The translations under genes and the position numbers were made by a program. Below are positions 36,053 through 45,649 of a DNA stretch of 64,000 bases, piece after piece. This stretch comes from Schizochytrium sp. TIO01 (taxonomy: Eukaryota > Protista > Bigyra: Labyrinthulomycetes), in contig SMSO01000025.1 in the NCBI GenBank assembly GCA_004764695.1, forward strand, positions 4,938,862 through 5,002,861. The letters are read 5' to 3'. The notes beneath the pieces are model-generated. The model saw nothing but the letters and a program-made list of their open reading frames with translations, had not been told where the DNA came from and did not search any database. How positions within the stretch are numbered: position 1 is the stretch's first letter; the number at the start of each line of letters is the position of its first letter.

Positions 36053-36777
36053 CTGCCTACCACCTGCTAGCCACCTACCTCCTACCTACCAGCTACGAAC
36101 TGCTACAGCTGTTGTTCTCTGTTGTTCTCATTCTCAGCGCTGTTCTTCCTGCCGTTCTCTCCGCTGTTCTCTCCGCTGTTCTCTCTGCTGTTCTTCTTCC
36201 CTTGCCTGCCTGCTCATGGCTAATGAACGAGTGCCCTATGGTGTTCTTTTGTTGGTCTGCGCCCTCGAGTCCTTCTTCTTACAGACGGAGCTCCTTCGCA
36301 GAGGTCGCTCTTTTCGCGATGGCTCTTCTCTGCTCCCATTTCGACCGGGCCTTTATAAACCAACACGGAGCTGGCAGGACGAGTTTGGAGGCTCGAACTC
36401 GCTGCTGGATCCTGCCTCCTCTCGCAGAGGATCACATGTGCATCGAAAGAAAGCGAGGTGTTCTTTCTTTCTGTTCTCTCTGTTCTTTCTGCCTTGAGCA
36501 TACCAATGGCAGAGCCATAAGCGCAATAGTAGGACAGTAGTAGAGCAACCAGTAGTGGTGGGGATAGAGAGAGAACGATGCTCCTCGTACCTGTGGCTAC
36601 GAGAAAGGCCTTCGCTCCCTCAATCAGTCTCTCAGCCGTAAGGGTCTGCGTCCGTGATATGCAAAAACAAGGGTGGGGCATGGTGCTCATGAAGCCAAGC
36701 GCCTTGGGCTTGGGCGAAATGAGGAGGACATTTGCCACAGAAAAAAGACAAACATCACACATGCAAGACAGCAGCAA

Positions 36778-36890
36778 ACAAGAACAAGAACAAGAACATT
36801 AAGAACAAGAACATTAGGGACAAGAACAAGAACAATATTAAGAACAGCAAGAACAACATGAACATTGAGAACATTAAGAATATTGAGAAC
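36778..36890. repeat. Degenerate AAGAAC / AAGAACATT minisatellite
   Basis: Directly visible tandem 6-mer and 9-mer units. Confidence 0.75.
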
Positions 36891-38327
36891 GGCAGTGGCC
36901 TCAGCATTTCTCTCTCTACAGTAGTGAGCACATCACTCGTCACTTCGAAAGCACTGAGAAAGCACTGCGCCGCGTGTAGGGCGTGGCAGTAGCATCAGCG
37001 GAATCAGACATCGATGCACCTACTACCGCCAAGGCTTGTCTGCTGCATCGACGTGTCAGCAGTCAGTCCTCTTGAGAATGCTCCAATGCATCGTGGAGTG
37101 AGGTTGCGCTCTGTTTTGGTCCCTCGCAGCCACTTAATTGGAAAGATGAAACCTAAGAAGCAACGACTAATCCGCAACAAGAACAGCAGAGAGTGGCTAC
37201 GATGCACTTGTATACCATTGGTGCATGCAAATTCCACGAAGCAGGCCTTCAACTATTGACGGGATTCTGGGGAACACCAAGTCAGCGGCGGCTGGCCTTG
37301 AAGAGTGAGGCCCAAATAAACTTGATGGAAAACAATTGCTGGTTGTGGAGCAAATTCATGAAGAACCCAAAAGAACAGAACAGCAATGAGGGCTACTTAA
37401 AATATCTATGGCTAATGGGGAGGTCGAAAAAGAACGGCTAGTGTGAGTGTAATAGCAGTAGGCATTCGTGTCCAGATGGGCCATCTTCAGGTTCTGTCTG
37501 AATGTTGTTGTTGACATTTTGGCATCTTTGATGATGGGTATCCTCAAGAAAGCCCAGGCCTTGGCTTCTCGCGAGATGACTGATCCTTACAAGGTCCAAA
37601 AAGAAAGGAAGAGTGCAATTTGGTCATTTAGAGTAACAAGAAAGTGAAATGCCAGAACTATTCCTATTCTACCATAACATGAGGAGGAGGAATTTCATCT
37701 TTGTTCATACTCATCGAGTCAGACACATATGTTTCCTCTCTTCAAGATTGGTTTGAGGGGTTTTGTAGCAAGGCCACAGTCTTGGTATTACCAAAAAATA
37801 AAATAAAAGATGGAGCAGCTCAAGGGACGGACGACGAGCAAAACAGTCTTTGTTGAGCTTTAAGTGCTAGCACTTCAGATGATGTAAATTAGACTTAACG
37901 TTGTATGATAAAGGGAAAACAACTAAGGGAAATCAAACGAGCAATAGTACGCATTGTATCGAAACCAAAGCTGGGACGGTTATGCTAGAACGAAACTACG
38001 AGAGACGTCCTTATTTGTTTATGATTTGTGCGAATCTTAAATTCACAAATATCGTGCATGCGTGTTTTTCTTCTCATCAACGTTTTCGAAGAAGAGAAGG
38101 CTAGATGCGCACTACTTTCATATCATTTAATAAAACCAGCAAAGGTGCTTCACGACCTAAGCAGACCTTTCTTTTCCTTGTTCTAAGTATCTACCTAGAT
38201 TAAACAAAAGAATTCACAGGATCTAGGAGTTTCTCTAGAGGTGACTATCTCATGTAGATGATGTACAAGAGTAGAATTAAGCTTGATTCATTCCAAGGTA
38301 GGTAAGTATATAGCTTTGCCATAACTA

Positions 38328-40607
38328 TTAATTGAGCAGAGGCACATGCTCAAAAAGTTCAGCATAAGCAACCTTTGCGGCCTTCTCCGGGAGTGATTTA
38401 ATTGCCTCCTGCAGCGCAGGCGATTCAGGGGAAAAGTTGCCGGGTAAGCAACGATACAGAGAATCCCGGATTTCCTCTAAGCTGTTGTAATATTCTTCGA
38501 TTTCATTCTCAAACATGTCCTCCTCTTCTTCATCCTCGTCGACGGGCGCATCATCGGGCTCTTGTTCAGCGAGTTGGACCAAAGCACCTAGCAATTGCTT
38601 AAGAACAGTCTGCAAGACAGGTTGAAGGATGTCGGTGGGAGCGTAGGCCAGAGCACCAGCAAGCATGTATCCAAAATCCATCTCACCGCCCTCCTCACTC
38701 TCGTCATCGTCATCTTCACTAGCTTCGTCTTTTGCCTGGTCGTTACTCTCAGAAGTCTTCTCAGACAGGAGCTTGCACTGTGCAGCCATCACTTCCCAGG
38801 GCATTCCAGCTGGAGCCGGAGGAAATTTAAGAAGGTTCCACGCAACTCCAGCGGCGGCAGGCTCACGATTGGCGATCTTTTCGCTGAGAATTTCGGGTCC
38901 CAGAGCCTTGTGAAGAGCCTTAACTCCTTTCCGTAAGCTAGAGAATCTAAGCAATAGCTCATCATAGTCAGGCTCACCCCAACGCTTCACCAGCCAGACA
39001 GCCAAAAATTCAATCTCATCAGAGCCCAAAGATTTGGGGTCTTCTTCGTCACCGGCTTCCAATTCTTCTTCATCAGCCATGGTCTCAATCAATGTTTCAA
39101 GGTACTCAATGGGGGGATCAAGTCGCACGTTGATCTCTTGCGTGAGCTCACTGCCATCGTGCAGGAAGTATTTGCCGACGAACGAGGAACCCTCTTCCTC
39201 GTCCTCATCATCTTCGTCGTCAATTTCAAAACTGGTACCATCTTCGCTCATAAAGCGCATCTGGGCCGCCATATCGCGTTTGGTGTTGTTTTGCTTCTTC
39301 TTGTCACGTGCAGCCTGCTGAACAGACCTCTTCTGGGCACCAGTGGCACCCTTAGGCTCCTCCACGCGGCTCCAGACCTTGGGCACCTTGGGCGGCACAG
39401 CGCGGTCCAGCTCAGTCTTATCAATGGGATCGACAGAGGTCCATTGACGCATGGGCTCTTGCCATGTGGCTTCAGAGTCCTTCGAAGGAGGCATCATGTT
39501 GGCGCACGGTTTCTTCATGTCGCACTGAGTGCGAGAGACCTTGGAATCCCAGAATCCTACCATGAAGGTCAATCTTGCAGCTCCAGAAGCGGCCATGCCA
39601 AGTCGAGGCACGACACCATGTAGAAGGCGTCCATCAAATACTGCTAATCTGTTTCGTTGCGGATGCAGCAGCCAACCAGAGGTCTCCTCGAGGTCCTCGG
39701 CATTCTCATACTCGCGGTCTGTCACGAGCGTCGGCGCTGCTGACCCGACATCCACATAGAACACTGTGGAGAACACAGGGTGGTGCAAGCCATGTCCCGA
39801 CTGCAGCCTGTGCTCGTCGGCATCCCAATGAAGCTGGTGGCCGCTCATGGCATCGCGCTTGTGGACCCACCATTCAGCGTACTGGACGTCGGCGGGGACA
39901 CCTCCAAATGCGCTGCTATTGTCTCCCAGCGTCTTCTTCAGAGCCGGCCAAAGGTGATCTTTGATGAGAGCTTCCGCAGCTACCGTGGGAGTTTCATCCA
40001 GAGCAAAGGAGTGCGAGAAATATCCCGAGTCACCATACTTGTGTTCCGCCCAGTACGGTGCATCTGCATCGAAGTGCTTTGCAATGTCCTGCAAGAACTG
40101 CTCAGGGACCACCGCATCCACCGACCAGACCGGCGGTGCAAGGGACAATTCTTTTGGGAGACGGCTTGGCGAGTTCGCTGCGAAAACGCTCTCATGTAGC
40201 CGCCAAGAATATCCAAGGCGGCTCAAGTACGCGTCGGCGCGCCTTGGCTCGTCCCTTGCCAGAAGTGCCAAGGCCAGGAGGTATGCAGCATCTTCGTGTC
40301 CTGAGGACCCAGTCTTTGACGTAACTACGCGCTCCAGGTCGCAAAGAGCCGCATCGCTGTGCTGAGGCGCATAACGAAGCTTGAGCTCGGCCAGCAGCAC
40401 AGTGGCCTCGCCGCAAGCAGGGTCCTCACGGAGGGCCCGAAGACAGAGACGAGAAACACGTCCCCAACCGCGTCGGCCAAGAAGATCATCGTAGGTACGA
40501 GCGCGCTCCACGAGACGGCATGCACGAGCAGCACGGAGACGCTGCAAACGGGCGCGCTCCCGACGAGCGGAGTTGGGAAGAGTCGATGAGGCCTTGCGTT
40601 TCACCAT
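38328..40607 (-). CDS. 2-oxoglutarate/Fe(II)-dependent oxygenase-like protein with helical N-terminal and acidic C-terminal regions
   Basis: EWWVH..., GHQLHWD (HxD), STVFYV, NRLAVFDGRLLHGV (distal His) and RLTFMVGFW (2OG-binding Arg) occur in DSBH order. Confidence 0.75.
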   Translation of the reverse strand: MVKRKASSTLPNSARRERARLQRLRAARACRLVERARTYDDLLGRRGWGRVSRLCLRALREDPACGEATVLLAELKLRYAPQHSDAALCDLERVVTSKTGSSGHEDAAYLLALALLARDEPRRADAYLSRLGYSWRLHESVFAANSPSRLPKELSLAPPVWSVDAVVPEQFLQDIAKHFDADAPYWAEHKYGDSGYFSHSFALDETPTVAAEALIKDHLWPALKKTLGDNSSAFGGVPADVQYAEWWVHKRDAMSGHQLHWDADEHRLQSGHGLHHPVFSTVFYVDVGSAAPTLVTDREYENAEDLEETSGWLLHPQRNRLAVFDGRLLHGVVPRLGMAASGAARLTFMVGFWDSKVSRTQCDMKKPCANMMPPSKDSEATWQEPMRQWTSVDPIDKTELDRAVPPKVPKVWSRVEEPKGATGAQKRSVQQAARDKKKQNNTKRDMAAQMRFMSEDGTSFEIDDEDDEDEEEGSSFVGKYFLHDGSELTQEINVRLDPPIEYLETLIETMADEEELEAGDEEDPKSLGSDEIEFLAVWLVKRWGEPDYDELLLRFSSLRKGVKALHKALGPEILSEKIANREPAAAGVAWNLLKFPPAPAGMPWEVMAAQCKLLSEKTSESNDQAKDEASEDDDDESEEGGEMDFGYMLAGALAYAPTDILQPVLQTVLKQLLGALVQLAEQEPDDAPVDEDEEEEDMFENEIEEYYNSLEEIRDSLYRCLPGNFSPESPALQEAIKSLPEKAAKVAYAELFEHVPLLN

Positions 40608-41639
40608 GTTATGTTGTGCGAGGAACTTCAGAAACAGCCACTTGCGAGCTTGTCAAGGAGGTGAAAGACCACGAGTGGTGGTTTCCACGAAGAGCAAGTT
40701 CGCACAGAGAGCTAGCACCTTAGACAGAGGTCCGCCAAACAGACAGACAATCAGTCGCCCAGTCGCAGAGCGAGAACTGGGTTCTGATCTGATGTCTCTG
40801 GGTTTTGTACACCAATGGATCCTCACTCTCTTCTTCATAGCGTAATGTATGGACGTTTCTACCACTACTCTAGAGGCTACTAGCTTTCGCTCCAAGGTGA
40901 GAAAAGAGACTTATAAAGAGGGCTATTCAATTCTGGAGATCTTGCTTTTGCTAATATGGAGGCTCCTCAATTGATAGGTTCTCAAAAATATTGTGGCTTT
41001 TGGGGCTAAAGGATTACATGTATGCACTCATGCAGGATTGGTGAGCGCGAGACAGGAGATAGACACGCCGTGCATAAAGAGCAGATATGAGGAGGCGCTG
41101 AATGGGCGACATGTGAGTGGAGGTGTTCTGGAAAAGTCCTGTCGCTAGTACTTGTCGGCACTCGCTATTATAGTTTTTGTCGAATTCTATTGCCTTTTCT
41201 TAAATGAGTTGAATGGGGCCTGTTCAAGATAATTTAAGCAATTGGAAGAAGTTGAAGGCCTTCAGAAGTACAGACAATCGTTCCCGACCACAAAATAACA
41301 AATAAGGCGAGTGAGAGACTTCCTGAGAATTTTATACAGCCTCATCATTTTGCTATTGCAAAATCAAACAGCAACAACAACAGTTTTATATAAGGGGTTG
41401 ATTCAGCTAAAGCAATGCAATATCATTGTAAAGGAGAAGGCGTTGATGAAGAAAGGAAAGATTAAAGTATTTCTCAATATCCGAAGACGGACCAGAACCA
41501 CTTGTCTCGAAAGATTAGATCTTGGTGTACAAATTTTGTTATATTTATATACTACATTTTGCTTACCTTAGACTAAATTAAAGGATATATTATCGCTATG
41601 GACCACACATGAAGAGAAAAGAGATTTATATTTACAAAA

Positions 41640-41760
41640 GTCCATCTCACTTAGATTTCAACCTGTAAAATCTGCACGGCTTGGATGTCCTACGGTGACT
41701 AAGTGGAGCTAAGACTCAATCGCGTATTTAAAACTAACTCACGACTCAATGACAATTATT
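41640..41760 (-). ncRNA. Candidate omegaRNA scaffold / element right end
   Basis: Lies directly 3' of the nuclease stop. Inverted repeats CACTTAG (41648-41654)/CTAAGTG (41699-41705) and AGATTT (41653-41658)/AAATCT (41668-41673); direct repeat GACTCAAT at 41713 and 41743. Confidence 0.35.
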
Positions 41761-42209
41761 AAATCATGTCCTTGGATAGGTAGCGCAAAAGGACGCCTCC
41801 GGCAGCGTGAATATCACGATTGGCTACGTGCTTGCATTTTGGGAGGATACTTGAATACCTTTGGATGTCTCTCTGTCACTAGTCAGAGGTACTGAGTAGA
41901 GATCTTTTAAGTTAAATTCTAGAGCCAAAACAAACACACATGTGGATGTTCCGAGCTTGTCGTGGACGGTATCATTTGCATTGCATCGCTTGTAAGTGTA
42001 ATCCTCTCAGCAAATAACCAGTTCACATCGCTGGCAGAGGAAAAGATCGGCTTCGTGAATGAGCACTTGTCGGGAGCCAATGAATGAGGCATCTTTCGAG
42101 CTGTCTTGATTTTGATCCCACCTGATTAACTTGTTGAGGTCTCCAAAAATTTAGGCAAACACCGTAGTTTTCACAGAGCCAAAGTGCAAGCTGGCAGTGA
42201 ATCTCGGTA
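41759..42209 (-). pseudogene. Fanzor2/TnpB-like RNA-guided nuclease remnant (C-terminal RuvC-II / Zn-finger / RuvC-III part)
   Basis: Joining frames gives, in order: TEIHCQLALWLCENYGVCL, ETS, IKIKTARKM, RQVLIHEADLF..RCELVIC*EDYTYKRCNANDTVHDKLGTS, [insert], KVFKYP, PKCKHVANRDIHAAGGVLLRYLSKDMI* (stop at 41759-41761). Confidence 0.8.
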
Positions 42210-42520
42210 GTCCATTAGGGGACGCAAGTCCGGCCTGTTGAAGTCGACCCTTCTACCGAAGTCTTTGTAGACGATTGAGGTATCTGGATAGGCACGCTGG
42301 AGGTCACCAATCCGGCATTTGAAATTCCCTTGTTGCTTTGCGGAGGACACGATGGCGTAAGTAATGGTATGGTCAGTGCTGCGTTGCTTGCGGCCGTCGG
42401 AATAAATCGCAGCCACAGATGCCCTTAACGTCGCTACTTGCATATATGCGATTGCCTCCGAGGGAGCACTCGAAGGGGATTTGCCGAGGCGCCAAACCTC
42501 TGGTTGAAGTACTCTGATAG
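42210..42520 (-). pseudogene. tnpA: IS607-type TnpA serine recombinase remnant (N-terminal HTH plus start of catalytic domain)
   Basis: IPFECSLGGNRIYASSDVK (MerR-like HTH wing, GG.R.Y), then a frameshift into ITYAIVSSAKQQGNFKCRIGDLQRAYPDTSIVYKDFGRRVDFNRPDLRPLMD. This matches the IS607 pattern YARVSS.KQ..DL.RQ...L...YP......D.GSG.NF.R.GL..L.D. Confidence 0.82.
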
Positions 42521-43268
42521 TTCGAGTTGACAGTTTGTTTCACTTGTAGTGTTCGGACCTCGTTCCTTGGCTATTCCATTTTTTTACCTTACCATCGCTC
42601 CTCAGCAAAGACCTGCATACTCACTATAACATCTATCATTCATATGGAGCAGTCGCTGCCATTTCGAGGTTGTGCAAGTCCCAACGTTTTCAATGCTGCA
42701 AAAGTCGCCTATTCGTTCACTGCGGCGCTTCTACAAGCTCGCCCCTGTGTTTGGTATTTCGGCGCCACCCTCCACCCTAGTGGCGGCCTAAGTGCCTCTA
42801 CGCGGTGAGTTTAGTATGGGCAAGATTTGTCGTCGTGGAGCACATCGAAGGAGAAGACTCATCGAAGAAGCAGAAGAGGCGTGGAGGGCTCTCTCGAGAG
42901 GCCTTCGGGCGGGAGGAGGGCAGAGGGAGGGCGACGCAGCAGAGGACACGTCACGTGAAATGAGGCGGGCGCAGAGAAGAGATGGCAGAATAACGGCGAA
43001 TGAGCGAGATGCGCGAAGTGAGAAGAAAGCGTTAGGCAAGGCAAGCGCCTCCCTCTTAGCACGCGATAAGTAAGTGGTAGGAGGTCTGGAGAGGCGCTCT
43101 TTCTCTATTTCCCACTTCAAAGATAAAGAGGAAATAACTTTAAGTTTGATGTTTTTACTTTATATTTCACTCATAGAGAGAGAGAGAGAGAGAGAGGTAG
43201 CTAAGAGCTGCCTACCTGTTTGGGTAGGGGTGGGGTAGTTTGCTAGAGAAGTCGAACTTGAACTTAAA

Positions 43269-43300
<32 letters not shown>

Positions 43301-43558
43301 GAGAAAGAGAGAAAGAAACAAACTTCTGAAGAAAAGGAATGTTTTGTGTTTCTGTCTAAGCACCCTAGTGCCCAGTCCTAGGGAGGCGGGTCTAGGGAAA
43401 TGCAGTAGAAGTGGCGTGTCATGCTAACGAGAAGAAGAAGAAGAAGAAGAAGAAGCACAGTGACAGAACATCGAGAGAAGAAAGAGCAGCGAGAAGCAAA
43501 CAGGCTTCTCCCCCCTCCACTTCTTTCAAGCCTCCGCTCTCCAATTCACTCTTACACG

Positions 43559-45649
43559 ATGGATAGAGGCCGAGGCAGAGGCCGAGGCCGTGGCAGTGGC
43601 AGAAGCTTCGCTTCCAACGGAGGCGGCCGCTCTGGCCAGGGTCATGGTAACAACAACAATAACAACTACAACAACAGCAACAACAACAACAACCGCAGCA
43701 ATGGCAATAACAACTACAACAACAGCAACAACAGCAGCAACAACAATAGTGCCAGCAACGGCAATAGCAACGGGTACAGCAACGGGTACAGCAACAACAA
43801 CAACCATAACAATGGCAGTCGGAGCAATTCCCGCCACGGTACCAGCAACGGAGGAATGAGCCGCGACGCTCGCAAGGATGTGCGTCGCAAGCGGCAGGCT
43901 GCTGCTGTGCAGAAGAAGGCAGACGAGGAAACCGACTTCTTTTTCTCGTGCGTGCGCCGTGCACAGCGATTGCCTGCCTCCACCCCTCCTCTGAGCCAAG
44001 GTGGCAAGCCTCAGGGCCGTCAGAACCCTGTCCGTAAACCGCAGCGTTCCGAGGAGGCCGTTTTCGGTGCCAAGGCAATCTGCTCAGGCATTGACTTCAA
44101 TAAGTACGACGACATCCAGGTTGAGTGCAGCGCTTCCGATATTGTAGCCCTCGAGAGGTTTTCCGACGTCGCAGACGCCCTTGGGCCTGAGGTGCTGCGG
44201 TCTGTGGAGCGCATGAACTACGCCACGCCTACGCCTATTCAAAGGTATTCTATCCCAAGCGCTCTCAAAGGCCGCGACCTCATGTGCTCTGCGCAAACCG
44301 GCAGCGGTAAGACTGCATCTTTCCTGATCCCTACAATTGCTGGAATGCTGCGCTCTAAGGAGCTGATGGAACCCTCCGGAAGGCGGCCCGGCGAGGAGGG
44401 CGTTGTGCACCCCGCAGCAGTAGTGCTGGCGCCCACAAGAGAACTTGCTTCACAAATTGATGTAGAGGCTGCCAAGCTTTGCCACTGGACACCGATTGTT
44501 CCACTCTGTGTTTACGGAGGAGCACCCGCTCGGTCTCAACTCGAGGCACTCGCGCAGGCTGGACCACACCCCCTCCTACTCACCGCCACGCCAGGACGCC
44601 TCATCGACTTTGTGGACAGAGGCATCATTAAGCTCTCTGGGGTTGGATTCCTTGTACTCGACGAAGCAGACCGCATGCTCGATATGGGATTCGAGCCGCA
44701 GGTGCGCCAGATCGTACAGAAGAGGGACATGCCGCCCCCATCGAAGCGAGCTACCCTCATGTTTAGCGCAACCTTTCCCGAACCCATTCAGAAGTTGGCG
44801 ACAGACTTCCTGCGGCCAGGGTACACGTGGATCGCGGTGGGCGTCGTTGGGTCCACGACGAGTTCCATTACGCAGAGACTCTTGGAGTCTAGCATGGATC
44901 GCAACAAAAAGATGCAGCTGCTCGCAGAGCAGCTCCGCGAGATTGAGGGTCGTACCCTTGTCTTCGTGCGCATGAAGCGGTCAGCACATCAGGTGAAAAG
45001 ACGCCTTGAACGTGACTTCGACATCAAGGCTGGTGAAATTCATGGCGACCGCTCACAGGCACAGCGCGAAGCAGCGCTTGATTCCTTCCGTGATGGTAAG
45101 ATCGCTGTACTGATTGCCACAAATGTTGCTGCACGTGGACTTGATATCCCTAATGTTACCCACGTCGTTAACTTTGACTTGCCGACCGCAGAGGCTGATT
45201 TTCCGGATTACGTTCACCGTGTGGGACGCACAGGCCGTGCAGGCCACCGTGGTGTTGCCACGAGCTTTTACGTGCCAGGTTTTGACCCCAAGCAGGGCAA
45301 CGGCAAGATCGCTCCCATGTTGCTTCAATTCCTCGAGGACGCAGACCAGGAAATCCCGGAATGGTTCCTTGCGCTACCAGAGCTGAAAGGCGTTGGTGCT
45401 GCTAGAGCTCGAAGTGCTGCTGCGGGTCCTCCAAACCCGCCCGCGTCAGCAGAGAATAACTCGCGCAATGGCCATAACAACAATAACAACGGTAGTAATG
45501 GAGGCAGCCGGGGTGGCGGCCGAGGAGGCCGAGGAGGCCGTGGACGTGGCCGTGGTGGCCGTGGTGGATCTCAATCGCAGTTCCGCGATCATCGCCGAGG
45601 CGGCGGCGGCGGCCGTGGTGGCCATCGTCGTGAAGCCGCTACTGCATAA
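43559..45649 (+). CDS. Ded1/DDX3-subfamily DEAD-box RNA helicase with RGG and Asn-rich termini
   Basis: GIDFNKYDDI.VE, Q motif PTPIQ, AQTGSGKT, PTRELA, TPGRL, DEADRMLDMGFEPQ, SAT, HGDRSQ.QRE, ARGLD and YVHRVGRTGRAG. Likely start is ATG 43559 (MDRGRGRG); an in-frame ATG also exists at 43421. Confidence 0.93.
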   Translation: MDRGRGRGRGRGSGRSFASNGGGRSGQGHGNNNNNNYNNSNNNNNRSNGNNNYNNSNNSSNNNSASNGNSNGYSNGYSNNNNHNNGSRSNSRHGTSNGGMSRDARKDVRRKRQAAAVQKKADEETDFFFSCVRRAQRLPASTPPLSQGGKPQGRQNPVRKPQRSEEAVFGAKAICSGIDFNKYDDIQVECSASDIVALERFSDVADALGPEVLRSVERMNYATPTPIQRYSIPSALKGRDLMCSAQTGSGKTASFLIPTIAGMLRSKELMEPSGRRPGEEGVVHPAAVVLAPTRELASQIDVEAAKLCHWTPIVPLCVYGGAPARSQLEALAQAGPHPLLLTATPGRLIDFVDRGIIKLSGVGFLVLDEADRMLDMGFEPQVRQIVQKRDMPPPSKRATLMFSATFPEPIQKLATDFLRPGYTWIAVGVVGSTTSSITQRLLESSMDRNKKMQLLAEQLREIEGRTLVFVRMKRSAHQVKRRLERDFDIKAGEIHGDRSQAQREAALDSFRDGKIAVLIATNVAARGLDIPNVTHVVNFDLPTAEADFPDYVHRVGRTGRAGHRGVATSFYVPGFDPKQGNGKIAPMLLQFLEDADQEIPEWFLALPELKGVGAARARSAAAGPPNPPASAENNSRNGHNNNNNGSNGGSRGGGRGGRGGRGRGRGGRGGSQSQFRDHRRGGGGGRGGHRREAATA

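Larger units (their letters stand above)
41640..42520 (-). mobile_element. Degenerate, internally deleted IS607-family element (TnpA serine recombinase + Fanzor2/TnpB)
   Basis: Collinear TnpA and TnpB/Fanzor remnants on the same strand in IS607 order, followed by a structured 3' region. Exact ends are not determined. Confidence 0.8.

Noticed and set aside
36112-37600. Cluster of short overlapping ORFs between bL25 and the oxygenase
   Set aside because: They are driven by repeats or low complexity. The region may be a decayed gene, but no family motif was recognisable.
42152-42181. WLCENYGV read as part of TnpA
   Set aside because: The flanking residues (EIHCQLAL before; ETS and KTARKM after) fit the Fanzor/TnpB helix-strand better, so it was assigned to the nuclease.
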